From an uncultured Chloroflexia bacterium (lineage in GTDB: Bacteria > Chloroflexota > Limnocylindria > Limnocylindrales > CSP1-4): a stretch of DNA of 64,000 nucleotides. Position 1 is the stretch's first letter, and every line of letters begins with the position of its first letter. Below are positions 38,842 through 53,221 of the stretch, piece by piece. The stretch covers positions 64,001 through 128,000 of the forward strand of contig CAVVNQ010000018.1 of the NCBI GenBank assembly GCA_963749705.1, given 5' to 3'. A program made the translations under genes and the position numbers. The notes under the pieces are model-generated. The model saw only the letters and a program-made list of their open reading frames with translations, had not been told where the DNA came from and did no database searches.

Positions 38842-40269
38842 GTGACCGCGCCTGCCGACACCCGCCACCTCCCGCCGCGCACCGCCGACCTGTTCGTCCC
38901 CGGGCTCCGCGGCCTGACCCTGGGCCTGGTGTCCACGATCACGCTGGTCGCGCTCGAGTCGCTCGCGATCGGCACCGTGATGCCGCTGGTCGCCGACGAG
39001 CTGGGCGATCTCCAGCTCTACGGCTGGGTGTTCTCCGCGTTCTTCCTGGGCAACCTGATCGGGGTCGTGGTCGCCGGTGGTGCGCTCGACCGGATGCCGC
39101 TGGGGCGTCCGTTCGCGATCGGGCTCGCGCTGTTCGCGACCGGTCTCCTGGTCGGGGGGCTCGCCCAGTCGATGCCGATGCTCGTGGGCGCCCGGTTCGT
39201 CCAGGGCCTGGGCGGCGGCGCGGTGGCCCCGACGGCATATGTCGCCATCGGCCGGTGCCTGCCGGAGCGGCTCCAGCCGCAGATGTTCGCCATGCTGTCC
39301 GCCGCGTGGATCGCGCCCGGCGTCATCGGGCCGTCGATCGCGGCGGTCGTCGGCGAGGGCCCCGGCTGGCGCTGGGTGTTCCTGGGGCTGCTGCCGCTGC
39401 TCGCGGTCGCCGGCGGCCTCGCGCTGTCCGCGCTCCGCCACGTCCCGGCCGCGGCGCCACCCGGGGAGCACGCGGCGGCGGCCGCCACGATCCGCCGCCT
39501 GCCCAACGCCCTGCTGGCCGCCGCCGGGGCGGGCATCCTGGTCGCCTCGATCACCGCCGAGGACGCACGGCTCCTGGTCGCGGGGTCCGTGGTCGGGGTG
39601 GTCCTGCTCGTCCCCGCGTTCCGCCGGCTCACGCCGGCGGGCACGCTCGCGCTGGTCGCCGGCGTCCCGGCCGCGGTCCTCCTCCGGGGCGTCCTGACCT
39701 TTGCCTTCTTCGGCGGCGACGCCTACCTGCCGCTCCTGCTCCAGACGTGGCGCGACACCCCGGCCACGCTGACGGGCGTCGTGTTCACCGCGACCACGGT
39801 CGCCTGGTCGGCGGGCACCTGGTTCCAGGCACGTCGGATCGACCGCGCCGGCCCGCGCCGGTTCATCGCGATCGGCTTTGCGCTCGTCGCGCTGGGCTCG
39901 CTGCTGACCCTGCTCGCGGTCGCGCCCGGCGTGCCGCCGGAGATCTCGATCGTGACCTGGGCCCTCACCGGCATCGGGATGGGCTTTGCCTACTCGGCGC
40001 TCACGCTGGTCGTGCTCCGCCGGTCCCCCCCGGCCGAGCAGGGCTCGGCGTCGTCCGCGCTGCAGCTCTCGGACATCCTGGGCACGGCGCTGGGCGCGGG
40101 CGTGGGTGGCGCGATCACCGCGATCGGGGAGCGGAGCGGGGGCGACGGACTCGGCTGGGCGCTGGGGGTCGTGTTCGTGATGACGGTCGCGGTGGCGCTC
40201 GCCGGCCTGCTGGCCTCGCGACGTGTCGGTGCGACCGTCCGGGAGGGGCGTTCGGCTGCGGTAGACTAG
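38842..40269 (+). CDS. MFS transporter (14-TM type)
   Basis: ALESLAIGTVMP, ARFVQGLGGG, GWRWVF. Confidence 0.85.
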   Translation: MTAPADTRHLPPRTADLFVPGLRGLTLGLVSTITLVALESLAIGTVMPLVADELGDLQLYGWVFSAFFLGNLIGVVVAGGALDRMPLGRPFAIGLALFATGLLVGGLAQSMPMLVGARFVQGLGGGAVAPTAYVAIGRCLPERLQPQMFAMLSAAWIAPGVIGPSIAAVVGEGPGWRWVFLGLLPLLAVAGGLALSALRHVPAAAPPGEHAAAAATIRRLPNALLAAAGAGILVASITAEDARLLVAGSVVGVVLLVPAFRRLTPAGTLALVAGVPAAVLLRGVLTFAFFGGDAYLPLLLQTWRDTPATLTGVVFTATTVAWSAGTWFQARRIDRAGPRRFIAIGFALVALGSLLTLLAVAPGVPPEISIVTWALTGIGMGFAYSALTLVVLRRSPPAEQGSASSALQLSDILGTALGAGVGGAITAIGERSGGDGLGWALGVVFVMTVAVALAGLLASRRVGATVREGRSAAVD

Positions 40270-40338
40270 CCCCGGCATGACCGCCGGACGCCTGGCGCAG
40301 CCGATGTCGCGCCGTCACCACCGGAGGATCCTGAACCC

Positions 40339-40860
40339 ATGTCCGCCGAGACGCTTCGCGCGAAGATCCGCGAGATCCCCGACTTCCCGAAGCCCGGCAT
40401 CCTGTTCTACGACATCACGACCGTCCTCAAGGACCCGGCCGCGTACAAGGACGCGATCGACCTCATGCTCGAGCCCTACCGGGACGACAAGATCGACATC
40501 GTGGTCGGGATGGAGTCGCGCGGGTTCATCTTCTCGGCGCCCATGGCCTACCAGCTCGGAACCGGCCTCGTCCCGGTGCGCAAGCTGGGCAAGCTGCCGG
40601 CCGAGACGCTCACCGTCGAGTACGCGCTGGAGTACGGGTCCAACACGCTCGAGATCCACCGCGATGCGATCAGCCCCGGCCAGCGCGTGCTGATCGTTGA
40701 CGACCTGCTGGCGACCGGCGGCACGGTCCGCGGCACGATCGACCTCGTCGAGCGGCTCAAGGGCGAGGTCGTCGGCCTCGGGTTCCTGGTCGAGCTCGAC
40801 TTCCTCAAGGGTCGCGACCGTCTCGACGGCCGCCGCGTGACGAGCGTCATCCGGTACTGA
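40339..40860 (+). CDS. apt: Adenine phosphoribosyltransferase
   Basis: PDFPKPGILFYDIT, ESRGF, YALEYG, VDDLLATGGT. Confidence 0.96.
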   Translation: MSAETLRAKIREIPDFPKPGILFYDITTVLKDPAAYKDAIDLMLEPYRDDKIDIVVGMESRGFIFSAPMAYQLGTGLVPVRKLGKLPAETLTVEYALEYGSNTLEIHRDAISPGQRVLIVDDLLATGGTVRGTIDLVERLKGEVVGLGFLVELDFLKGRDRLDGRRVTSVIRY

Positions 40861-40913
40861 CCGAGCGGCATCGCGCGACGCCGCGCCGGCCGCACGGTGA
40901 CCCCAACGGCCCG

Positions 40914-42355
40914 ATGACGGATCAACCCGACCAGCCACCCGCTCCGCCCCCGGATCCCGACCGGCGACGCTTCTTCCGCGCGTTTGCCGGCGACGTGTTC
41001 TCGTCGGTCGGGTCGGTCCTGGGCGCGGCCCAGATGCTCCAGCAGCAGTCGGCGGAGGCCGCGCGCGAGCTGCTCAGCGTCGCCGAGCCGACGGCGGCTG
41101 CGCCGGGCGGTGCCGCCGCCCGCCCGATCGAGATCGACGCCTCGACGGCGGGCTTCCGGGCGCCGTTCCGATGGGACGCGGACGCCGACGTGTGCTGGGT
41201 GGTCGACCAGCGCCGGCTGCCCGACGTGCTCGCGGAGATCGAGGTCCGGGGCGCTGCCGACGGGGTCAACGCGATCAACGACGGCGCGGTCGCCGGGTCG
41301 ACCGTCCAGGCGCAGGTCGCCGTCGCGGCCCTGGCGATCGTGGCGAGCCGGGCGCGGAGCTCGCGACCGTTCGCGCGCCGGGCGACGATCCGCGGGGCCG
41401 CGAACGCGTTCCGCCTCACCCGCCCGGGTTCGGCTGCCGTGGCTGCCGCCGTCGATCGGATGGTGGCCCGCCTGGAGCTGTTCACGCACGACGCCGAGGG
41501 CGACGACGTCGCGGCTGCGCTGCGTGCCGAGGCCGAGGCGATCGTGTTCGAGGCGACCGAGGACCACGGCAGGCTGGTGGAGCACGGCCTCAGCGCGCTG
41601 CCGGACACGGCCGACGCGACGCTCCGCGTGCTGACCTTCGGCACCACGGGCCCGATGGGCAGCGGCCAGTGCGGGACGGCCATCGGGGTCATCCAGGCGG
41701 CGCACCACGCCGGTCGTCCGATCCATGCCCTGGTGAGCGAGACGCGGCCGCGCTTCGACGGTGCCCGGATCGCCGCCTGGGAGCTGGGGCAGGCGGGCGT
41801 CGGGTACTCGATCGTGACCGATGCGGCCGCCCCCGGCTGCATCGCCGCCGGCGAGGTGGACGCGGTGCTCGTCACGGCGGACCGCATCGCGGCCAACGGC
41901 GACGTGCTCGCGCCCGCCGGGACGTACCCGCTGGCCCTGGCGGCTGCGGCGGCGGGCGTGCCGTTCCTGGTCCTCAGCGCCACGACCGCGATCGACCCGG
42001 CCACGGCGACCGGCGCGGACGCGTCGATCGAAGAGGGGCGCCCGGGGCCGATCCTGCGCGCCGCCGGAACCAGGATCGTGCCCGAGGGCAGCCAGGTCCG
42101 GAACCCCGTCCAGGACCTGACGCCGGCCGCGCTGGTCACGGCGCTGGTCACCGAGGAGGGCGTGCTCCGTCCGCCGTTCGGCGAGCCGGTCGCTGCCGCC
42201 TGTGCCGCGGCATCCGCCCGCCGCGCGGCATCACTGGGCTTTGCGGCCCTGGCGTCCAAGGCGGCCGCGGCGGAGGACGCGGTGGCCGAGGCACCACCCC
42301 CGTCCGAGGCGACGACGGCAGCGCCTCCCGACCCCGGCCCGGAGGCGATCGGCTG

Positions 42356-42356
<1 letters not shown>
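40914..42356 (+). CDS. MtnA/eIF2B-fold protein with degenerate active site and N-terminal RRRFF extension
   Basis: DQRRLP, TRP, ETRP, AAWEL, ADRIAANGD, GTY, NP..D.TP, TEEG align with MtnA; key ligand residues are substituted. Confidence 0.85.
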
Positions 42357-46571
<4,215 letters not shown>

Positions 46572-46650
46572 CGATCGGGCCGAGCGGCGCGACCCGGGCC
46601 GGGTGGTACGCTCCCCCTCGCATCAACGCACGGCGCAGGTCGGGAGCAGC

Positions 46651-47880
46651 ATGAGCATCGTCGACGCAGATCACTACCTGTTCACGTCCGAGTCCGTGAC
46701 CGAGGGTCACCCGGACAAGATGTGCGACCAGATCTCGGACGCCATCCTGGACGCGATCATCCGCGACGACCCCTATGCCCGCGTCGCGTGCGAGACCGCG
46801 ACGACGACCGGCCTGGTGCTCGTGCTGGGCGAGATCTCGACCTCGACCTACATCGACTTCCAGTCGATCGTGCGCGACACCGTCCGCGACATCGGCTACA
46901 CGAAGGCCGAGTACGGCTTCGACTACCTGACCTGCGGGACGCTGGTGAGCGTCAAGGAGCAGTCGAGCGACATCGCGCTGGGGGTCGACGCCGCGCTCGA
47001 GGTCCGCTCGGACGCCGCCCCTGCCCACGAGCTGGGTGCCGGCGACCAGGGAATGATGTTCGGCTATGCCTGCCGCGAGACGCCGGAGCTGATGCCGCTG
47101 CCGATCGCGCTCGCGCACCGGATGGCCCGCCGCCTGGCCGAGGTCCGCAAGTCCGGCCAGCTGCCGTACCTCCGTCCCGACGGCAAGACCCAGGTCACCG
47201 TCGAGTACGAGCGCGGCGTGCCCAAGCGGGTGCGGACCGTGGTCGTCGCGTCGCAGCACGATCCGGACGTCCGCGCGGAGCGGATCCGATCCGACATCGT
47301 GCAGTACGTGATCCTGCCCTCGATCCCCGAGGACCTGCGTCCGGTGGACCCGGTGATGCACGTCAATGCCACGGGTCGCTTCGTCACCGGCGGCCCGATG
47401 GGTGATGCGGGGCTGACCGGCCGCAAGATCATCGTCGACTCCTACGGCGGCATGGCCCGTCACGGCGGCGGTGCCTTCTCGGGCAAGGACCCGACGAAGG
47501 TGGACCGCTCCGCCTCCTACGCGGCGCGCTGGGTGGCCAAGAACGTCGTCGCCGCCGGCCTCGCGGACCGGTTCGAGCTCGAGCTCGCGTACGGCATCGG
47601 GATCGCCCGTCCCATCTCGCTCTCGATCGAGACGTTCGGGACCGGCCGGGTGGACGACACGGTGATCCAGCAGCTCGTCGAGCGCCACTTCGACCTCCGG
47701 CCGGCATCGATCATCGCGGCGCTCGACCTGCGACGGCCGATCTACCGCCAGACGGCCTCGTACGGCCACTTCGGACGCGTCGACCTCGACCTGCCCTGGG
47801 AGCGCACGGACAAGGCGCTCGCCCTGGCCGCCGACGCCGGGCTGCCCGAGCCCGAGCTGGCGGAGGTCGTGACCGCCTAA
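46651..47880 (+). CDS. metK: S-adenosylmethionine synthetase
   Basis: [28 protein letters not shown]. Confidence 0.98.
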   Translation: MSIVDADHYLFTSESVTEGHPDKMCDQISDAILDAIIRDDPYARVACETATTTGLVLVLGEISTSTYIDFQSIVRDTVRDIGYTKAEYGFDYLTCGTLVSVKEQSSDIALGVDAALEVRSDAAPAHELGAGDQGMMFGYACRETPELMPLPIALAHRMARRLAEVRKSGQLPYLRPDGKTQVTVEYERGVPKRVRTVVVASQHDPDVRAERIRSDIVQYVILPSIPEDLRPVDPVMHVNATGRFVTGGPMGDAGLTGRKIIVDSYGGMARHGGGAFSGKDPTKVDRSASYAARWVAKNVVAAGLADRFELELAYGIGIARPISLSIETFGTGRVDDTVIQQLVERHFDLRPASIIAALDLRRPIYRQTASYGHFGRVDLDLPWERTDKALALAADAGLPEPELAEVVTA

Positions 47881-47948
47881 CGCAGGACTGACCCCCACTA
47901 CTATCTCGCCGAAGTCCGTTTACGCCCAGCGGGTATCACTTGGGCCGC

Positions 47949-47989
47949 GAGCCTGTAGCTCAGTGGATAGAGCGTCGGCCTCCGGAGCC
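47949..47989 (+). tRNA. tRNA-Arg(CCG), 5' half only (truncated/pseudo)
   Basis: GAGCCTG TA GCTC AGTGGATA GAGC G TCGGC CT-CCG-GA GCC; no T-arm or 3' acceptor strand follows. Confidence 0.75.
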
Positions 47990-48607
47990 TGACGGCCCTC
48001 CTCCATAGAGAGCGTTGTGGCCGGTCGAGCGGGACCCGAGCGATTTGAGCGGAGTCTCACGCTCCATTGCCGGTCCATGGAGCACCCGCTGTCGGTGGCC
48101 GCCGATCGCGGTTCCGGTCGCCGACCGAGTGCCCCGATTCCCTGCCAATTGATCCTGCCGATGCTTGCGACGCCCGCGCCCCCCTTCCGCTGCGACCAGC
48201 AACCCGGGCGAGACTGGGCGCTCGACACTAATCTCGGCTTCGGTACAACCAATCAATGGTCTACGGATGCGTGCGCCCGAGGCTCCGAGATATGTACCAG
48301 CTGGCGCTATTGATCCGGCGTCAGCCTCGGTGTAGCCTTGCTGGGGCAGGGTCCTTCGGACCAGCCGGCGGGGAGGATGTCGTCTCGTGGAATGGGGGAT
48401 CCTGGAGACTCGCCGAACGTACGGTGACACCAACGGACGACCCGTTCGAGCGCCCCTCGCATGGTGGCGCGGGATCTCCCCCCGAGTCATCTCGAGCAGT
48501 CCCTCCGGTGCCCGCCATCGTGGGCGTCATGATGCTCGTTGTTCCGTTCGCGTTCCGACACGTTCCCGAGTCCCTGAAGGTGACCCTGAAGCCGCGGGAG
48601 GTCGCCA

Positions 48608-49108
48608 GTGATTTCCCGACGAATGATTGCCATACGTTCGTTCGGAGTCGCACGCGCCTTGGCACTCGCCCTAGGATGCGCCCTGCTGATTGCTGCATGT
48701 GCCGGTGACGTCGGCCCGTATCGTTCGGCGGTTGAGGGGTTGCCGTTGCCCTCGGCGTGGCAGGTGACGAAGACGGTCACCCGAGGCAACGGAGGCGAGA
48801 CCGGATGCGTTCAGATAGCGGACTTCATGTGCCCATCGGTGACGCGCTACTTCAGCGTCCCAGGCAACCTGCCGGATCTCTACCAGCAGGCCCGGGCGGC
48901 TCTCGCGAAGACCGGATTCAGCGACGTCCAGGACAATGCCCCGAACTGCGATTGGCCCACCTACGGTGGGCCTGTCTGCTCTCTTCGCGCAACACAGGAC
49001 GACGTGCAGATCCAGATCAACCTGTATCCGTCAGATCAGGACGTCGACGGGCTCGGGATTGCCACTCCGGGGCAGCCCACCGTGCGGATCATTGCTCAGC
49101 ATCGGTGA
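48608..49108 (+). CDS. Hypothetical lipoprotein
   Basis: Lipobox-like LIAAC after a hydrophobic stretch; four further Cys; GGGAGG RBS. Confidence 0.7.
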   Translation: MISRRMIAIRSFGVARALALALGCALLIAACAGDVGPYRSAVEGLPLPSAWQVTKTVTRGNGGETGCVQIADFMCPSVTRYFSVPGNLPDLYQQARAALAKTGFSDVQDNAPNCDWPTYGGPVCSLRATQDDVQIQINLYPSDQDVDGLGIATPGQPTVRIIAQHR

Positions 49109-49123
49109 TAGGGAGGGGAGACT

Positions 49124-52100
49124 GTGCGAGCGTCGGTGCAAACAAGAGTCCTATGGCTCGTCGTCAGCGTGGCGCTGTCCACGGCGACCGCTCCGGCAGG
49201 TGTCGCGACCGCCTCGGTTTTCTCCTGCACGGACGTCCACGCGGTCTACGCAACTGGGGCGAACAACGCGCCCGCCGGGCCGGACTTCGATCAGTTTGTG
49301 AACGACCTCCACGGCCCCAATGGCCGGATAGCTGCCCCTGTGACATTCTCCCAACGTCCGCTCGGAGGTGACGGTGGCTACGCCGGTTTTCAATACCAGC
49401 CGACTGACTCCGCGGCGCTCTTCGTCCAAGGCCTGATCGGGTTCGGGCCGTACGAGGACAGCGTCAGGACGGGCGTGGATGAACTAGAAGCGTATCTGAC
49501 GGACAGGGCTGCGGAATGCGGCAACGAAGTCTACGTCCTCGGCGGATGGTCCGAAGGCGCCGACGTGATCGGAACCGCGTTGTTCGAGCTCCCGGAGAAC
49601 ATTCGCGCTCGCATCGCGTTTGTCGCACTGTTCGGTGATCCCCGACTGGACGCCGGCAACCAGGCGAGCCTCCTCGATCCGCCGATCCCTTGGGCATGCC
49701 TCGACGGCCAGCCCATCTGGATGCGAGGCGACTCGGGGTGCGCAACAAGCATGGGCATCTTCGGGGCCCGACGGCCCTACCTCCCGAGTGACATCGAGGG
49801 GAGGGTCGGGTCCTGGTGCCGCAAGAATGACGCCGCGTGTACCGGATCGTACATCGACATCCTTCCCAGTGTCAGCATCGAGCCGTTCACACACCACCGA
49901 TACTTCGATCCGAACGCGGAGTCAGCGATGGCCGCCCAGGAGGCAGCAACGCGGCTGCAGGCCTTCGTCCCGGCCCATCCGGAAGCATTCGATGTCTCGC
50001 TCAACCAGTTTGTCGACGGCCAGGCCGGTGCGGATCTCGCCTTCGTGATCGATACCACCGGCAGCATGTGGGGCGCCATCGACGATGTGAAGTCCGGAGC
50101 AACCGCGCTGGCGCAGCTGTGGACCAGCCTCTTCCACAATGGTCGCGTCGCCCTCATCGAGTTCAAGGACCAAGGCGACCCGTTCGTCGCGCGCGTGGAT
50201 CTCGGGCTGACAAGCGATGCGGGGGCGTTCCAGACATCCGCCGATGCGTTGACCGCGGACGGGGGTGGCGACACACCCGAAGCGCAGCTGTCCGGCCTGA
50301 TGACCGCGCTCGACGGGCTCGAGTGGCGTGACGGCGCCACGAAGGCCGCGATCGTGATCACCGACGCGGCGGGCAAGGATCCGGAGCCCGTCACCAACTT
50401 CACGCGGGGCAGCGTGATCCAGCATTCCCGAGAGATCGATCCCGTGGCAATCTACGGCGTGAACGTGACCGGGGACCAAACGGTTACGGATTGGATCGCG
50501 TCGATGGCCGCCGCGACCGCGGGTGAGGTGGTGACACCCGCGCCCGGCCAGTCCCTTACGGATGCGCTGGCCGACTTGTTGGAGACCGCGCATGCGAACC
50601 CGGTGGCCAGACTTGATGGGCCAATCTACGCGAACGTAAGCGACACAATCACGTTCAACGCCGGCGACTCGTTCAGCGCTTCGTCGACGATCGCGAGCTA
50701 CAACTGGGACTTCGACGGCGATAGCGTCGTCGACCAGACCACCACGGCGCCGACGACCAGCCATACCTACTCGGCGGACTTCCATGGGATCGCATCGGTC
50801 GACGTGGTGGACGCGGACGGCCGGTCAGCGATGGCCACGGCTGATGTGACTATCGACTCGGCAGGACTCACGCCGCTGCTCCCGCTCGCGCCCATCACAG
50901 TCTCGGCCAGCGTGACCGGCACCGATCAGGTGACTGTGACCTGGACCCCCGCGTCGAGCGACCGCGCCGATGCCTACAAGGTGTTCATCGCCGATGGAAG
51001 CCCGGTGCGGTTTACGGACGCGGGCGATCCGGACTCGGTAGTCATCAACGCCGTGGACCTGAGCCAGTCGCAGACCTTCCGCGTCGCTGCGTCCAACGCA
51101 TACGGCAATAGCGCCGGGACGGCCGCGCCGCCCGTCGGCGGAACCAGCGCCTGGTCACCGAGTGCGATCGTGAACGCCGACGACGGCCTTGTCCAGATCG
51201 TCCCCGTCGCGGCAATTGCACCCGACGGAATGGTCCACGCCGCTTGGGTCAACGGCTGGACGAGCCCGACTGTTGATCTCCGGTACGCAAACCGCAATCC
51301 GGCGTCGGGGGCGTGGTCGACACCAGAGCTGATCGGGGGAGTCTCCACCCCAGGTCAGTTCAGCCCTGCGCTGGCGACGGACTCCGCAGGCGACCTGTTC
51401 GCGATATGGACGGACACTCGCGTCAGCGGGGACCGGAATGTGTACTTCTCGAAGCGTTCGGTGGCGAACGGTTTGTGGTCATCGAGCGTGCGGGTCAACG
51501 ACGACCCAACGAACAAGCATCCTGCCCAAGCGGATCCGGCGATCGCGGTCGGTCCGACGGGAGAGGCAATCGCGATCTGGGAGGACTCACGGGGCAACAA
51601 GGACCACATCTACGCCGCGCGCCTTCCGGCTGGGAGCTCAACGTGGTCTGCCAACATGAAGGTCTCGTCGGTGTCCTCGACCAAGGGCGGAGAGGACGTC
51701 GCCATTGGCGCCGACGGGACCGCGTATGCGGTGTGGTTCGAGCCCAAGTCGGGCGACGCCAACATCTGGCTCTCCACCTTGGCACCCGGGGCAACCTCCT
51801 GGGCGGCGCCCGTCAAGGTCAGCGACGACCCTGGCACCAGCTACCAGGGAGCTCCTCAGGTCGCCGTGGACGGAACCGGTCGCGTCATGGTGATCTGGCA
51901 GGACTGGCGAGCCAACCCGTTCCAACTTCGCGCTCGTCTTCGGGACGCCGGGGGATCTTGGCAACCGTCCGTCGTAGTCGCGGCGGACGGCGCGAACACC
52001 CCATCGCTCGCGATGCGCTCGGACGGCGTCGGGTTCGTCGCGTGGTATGACGGGATCAACTCGACCACGCCGAGGTTGAATGGCTCATCGTTCAACCCGT

Positions 52101-52279
52101 CCGCGGGCGCGTGGTCGGGGATCGAGGAAATTAGCGATCCCATCCCTGCCGATGGCAACGTGGAACCGGCGGTTGTGCTTGGTAGTGATTCGATCTTTGT
52201 CGTGTATCAGAACGCCCATGCCCTGCAGGGCGGTGGCAACGAGGTCGACATCGTTGCGAAGACGCGGGCAGGGCCCTAG
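49124..52279 (+). CDS. Secreted multidomain protein: cutinase-like hydrolase + vWA + PKD + FN3 + repeat (propeller-like) domain
   Basis: Signal peptide; GWSEG, FGDP, CRKNDAAC, HHRY; DTTGS MIDAS; YNWDFDGD; VTWTP...ASNAYG; repeated P.IA...G...W.D units. Confidence 0.8.
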   Translation: MRASVQTRVLWLVVSVALSTATAPAGVATASVFSCTDVHAVYATGANNAPAGPDFDQFVNDLHGPNGRIAAPVTFSQRPLGGDGGYAGFQYQPTDSAALFVQGLIGFGPYEDSVRTGVDELEAYLTDRAAECGNEVYVLGGWSEGADVIGTALFELPENIRARIAFVALFGDPRLDAGNQASLLDPPIPWACLDGQPIWMRGDSGCATSMGIFGARRPYLPSDIEGRVGSWCRKNDAACTGSYIDILPSVSIEPFTHHRYFDPNAESAMAAQEAATRLQAFVPAHPEAFDVSLNQFVDGQAGADLAFVIDTTGSMWGAIDDVKSGATALAQLWTSLFHNGRVALIEFKDQGDPFVARVDLGLTSDAGAFQTSADALTADGGGDTPEAQLSGLMTALDGLEWRDGATKAAIVITDAAGKDPEPVTNFTRGSVIQHSREIDPVAIYGVNVTGDQTVTDWIASMAAATAGEVVTPAPGQSLTDALADLLETAHANPVARLDGPIYANVSDTITFNAGDSFSASSTIASYNWDFDGDSVVDQTTTAPTTSHTYSADFHGIASVDVVDADGRSAMATADVTIDSAGLTPLLPLAPITVSASVTGTDQVTVTWTPASSDRADAYKVFIADGSPVRFTDAGDPDSVVINAVDLSQSQTFRVAASNAYGNSAGTAAPPVGGTSAWSPSAIVNADDGLVQIVPVAAIAPDGMVHAAWVNGWTSPTVDLRYANRNPASGAWSTPELIGGVSTPGQFSPALATDSAGDLFAIWTDTRVSGDRNVYFSKRSVANGLWSSSVRVNDDPTNKHPAQADPAIAVGPTGEAIAIWEDSRGNKDHIYAARLPAGSSTWSANMKVSSVSSTKGGEDVAIGADGTAYAVWFEPKSGDANIWLSTLAPGATSWAAPVKVSDDPGTSYQGAPQVAVDGTGRVMVIWQDWRANPFQLRARLRDAGGSWQPSVVVAADGANTPSLAMRSDGVGFVAWYDGINSTTPRLNGSSFNPSAGAWSGIEEISDPIPADGNVEPAVVLGSDSIFVVYQNAHALQGGGNEVDIVAKTRAGP

Positions 52280-53211
52280 CGCTGCTCCGCGATCATCCCG
52301 GCCATGCCGCCCGCCTGGCCGCCGCCGCTGCGTCGGGCGTTGCGCGACAGCGCGAGCTGGCCGATGGCGAGGAGCGCCAGGGTCACCACCAGCATCATCG
52401 TCGCGACCGCGTTGGTCTCCGGCGAGACGCCGCGCTTGACCTGGCCGAAGATGAAGATGGGCAGGGTGGACGAGCCCGGCCCCGATACGAACGACGTGAT
52501 CACGTAGTCGTCGAAGCTGAACGTGAACGACAGCAGGAACCCGGCCACGATCGCCGGCAGCAGCTGCGGGAACGTGATCTGGCGGAACGTTCGCCACGGC
52601 GACGCGTACAGGTCCTGCGACGCCTCGACCAGCGTGCGGTCCATGCCCGACAGCCGGGCGCGGACCAGCAGCAGCACGATGCTGATGTTGAACAGCATGT
52701 GGGCCGCGACGATCGTCGGGATCCCCAGCTGGAGCCGGAGCCCGGTGGCATCGTTGATGATGCCGAAGGTCGAGGCGAACAGGACCAGCGTCGACAGGGC
52801 GATCACGATCTCGGGCACGATGATCGAGATGTAGGTCAGCGCGTCGAAGCCGATCCGGACTCCCCTGGGCACGCGCTGGAGGCCGAGCGCGGCCATCGTG
52901 CCGAACGTCGTCGCCAGGATCGCGTTGGGCAGGGCAACCGAGAAGCTGTTGCGCAGCGCGCTGGTCACGACGTCATCGCCCAGCGCCTTGCCGTACCACT
53001 CCAGCGAGAACCCGGTCCAGATCGTGGCCAGCCGGTTTGCGTTGAAGCTGAACAGGACCACGATCACGATCGGCAGGTACAGGAAGGCGTACACCAGCGA
53101 GGTGTGCGTGCGCAGCCAGATCTCGACCAGCAGCCCGATGCGGTCGATCCGGGGTCGCGGACGACGACGCCGGGTGACGGTGGCCACGGCCGGGACGGCA
53201 GTGGCGGTCAT
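52276..53211 (-). CDS. potC: Polyamine ABC transporter permease
   Basis: FLYLPI, EASQDLYAS, FTFSFDDY. Confidence 0.88.
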   Translation of the reverse strand: MTATAVPAVATVTRRRRPRPRIDRIGLLVEIWLRTHTSLVYAFLYLPIVIVVLFSFNANRLATIWTGFSLEWYGKALGDDVVTSALRNSFSVALPNAILATTFGTMAALGLQRVPRGVRIGFDALTYISIIVPEIVIALSTLVLFASTFGIINDATGLRLQLGIPTIVAAHMLFNISIVLLLVRARLSGMDRTLVEASQDLYASPWRTFRQITFPQLLPAIVAGFLLSFTFSFDDYVITSFVSGPGSSTLPIFIFGQVKRGVSPETNAVATMMLVVTLALLAIGQLALSRNARRSGGGQAGGMAGMIAEQR

Positions 53212-53221
53212 CGGGCGGCCG

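Noticed and set aside
46572-46650. SAM or SAH riboswitch before metK or ahcY
   Set aside because: The metK leader is short with no recognisable aptamer core, and ahcY overlaps the upstream gene.
47990-48607. Group I intron in the tRNA, or an integrase remnant
   Set aside because: The break is in the anticodon stem rather than the loop, no 3' exon was found, and no integrase motifs are present in the short ORFs.
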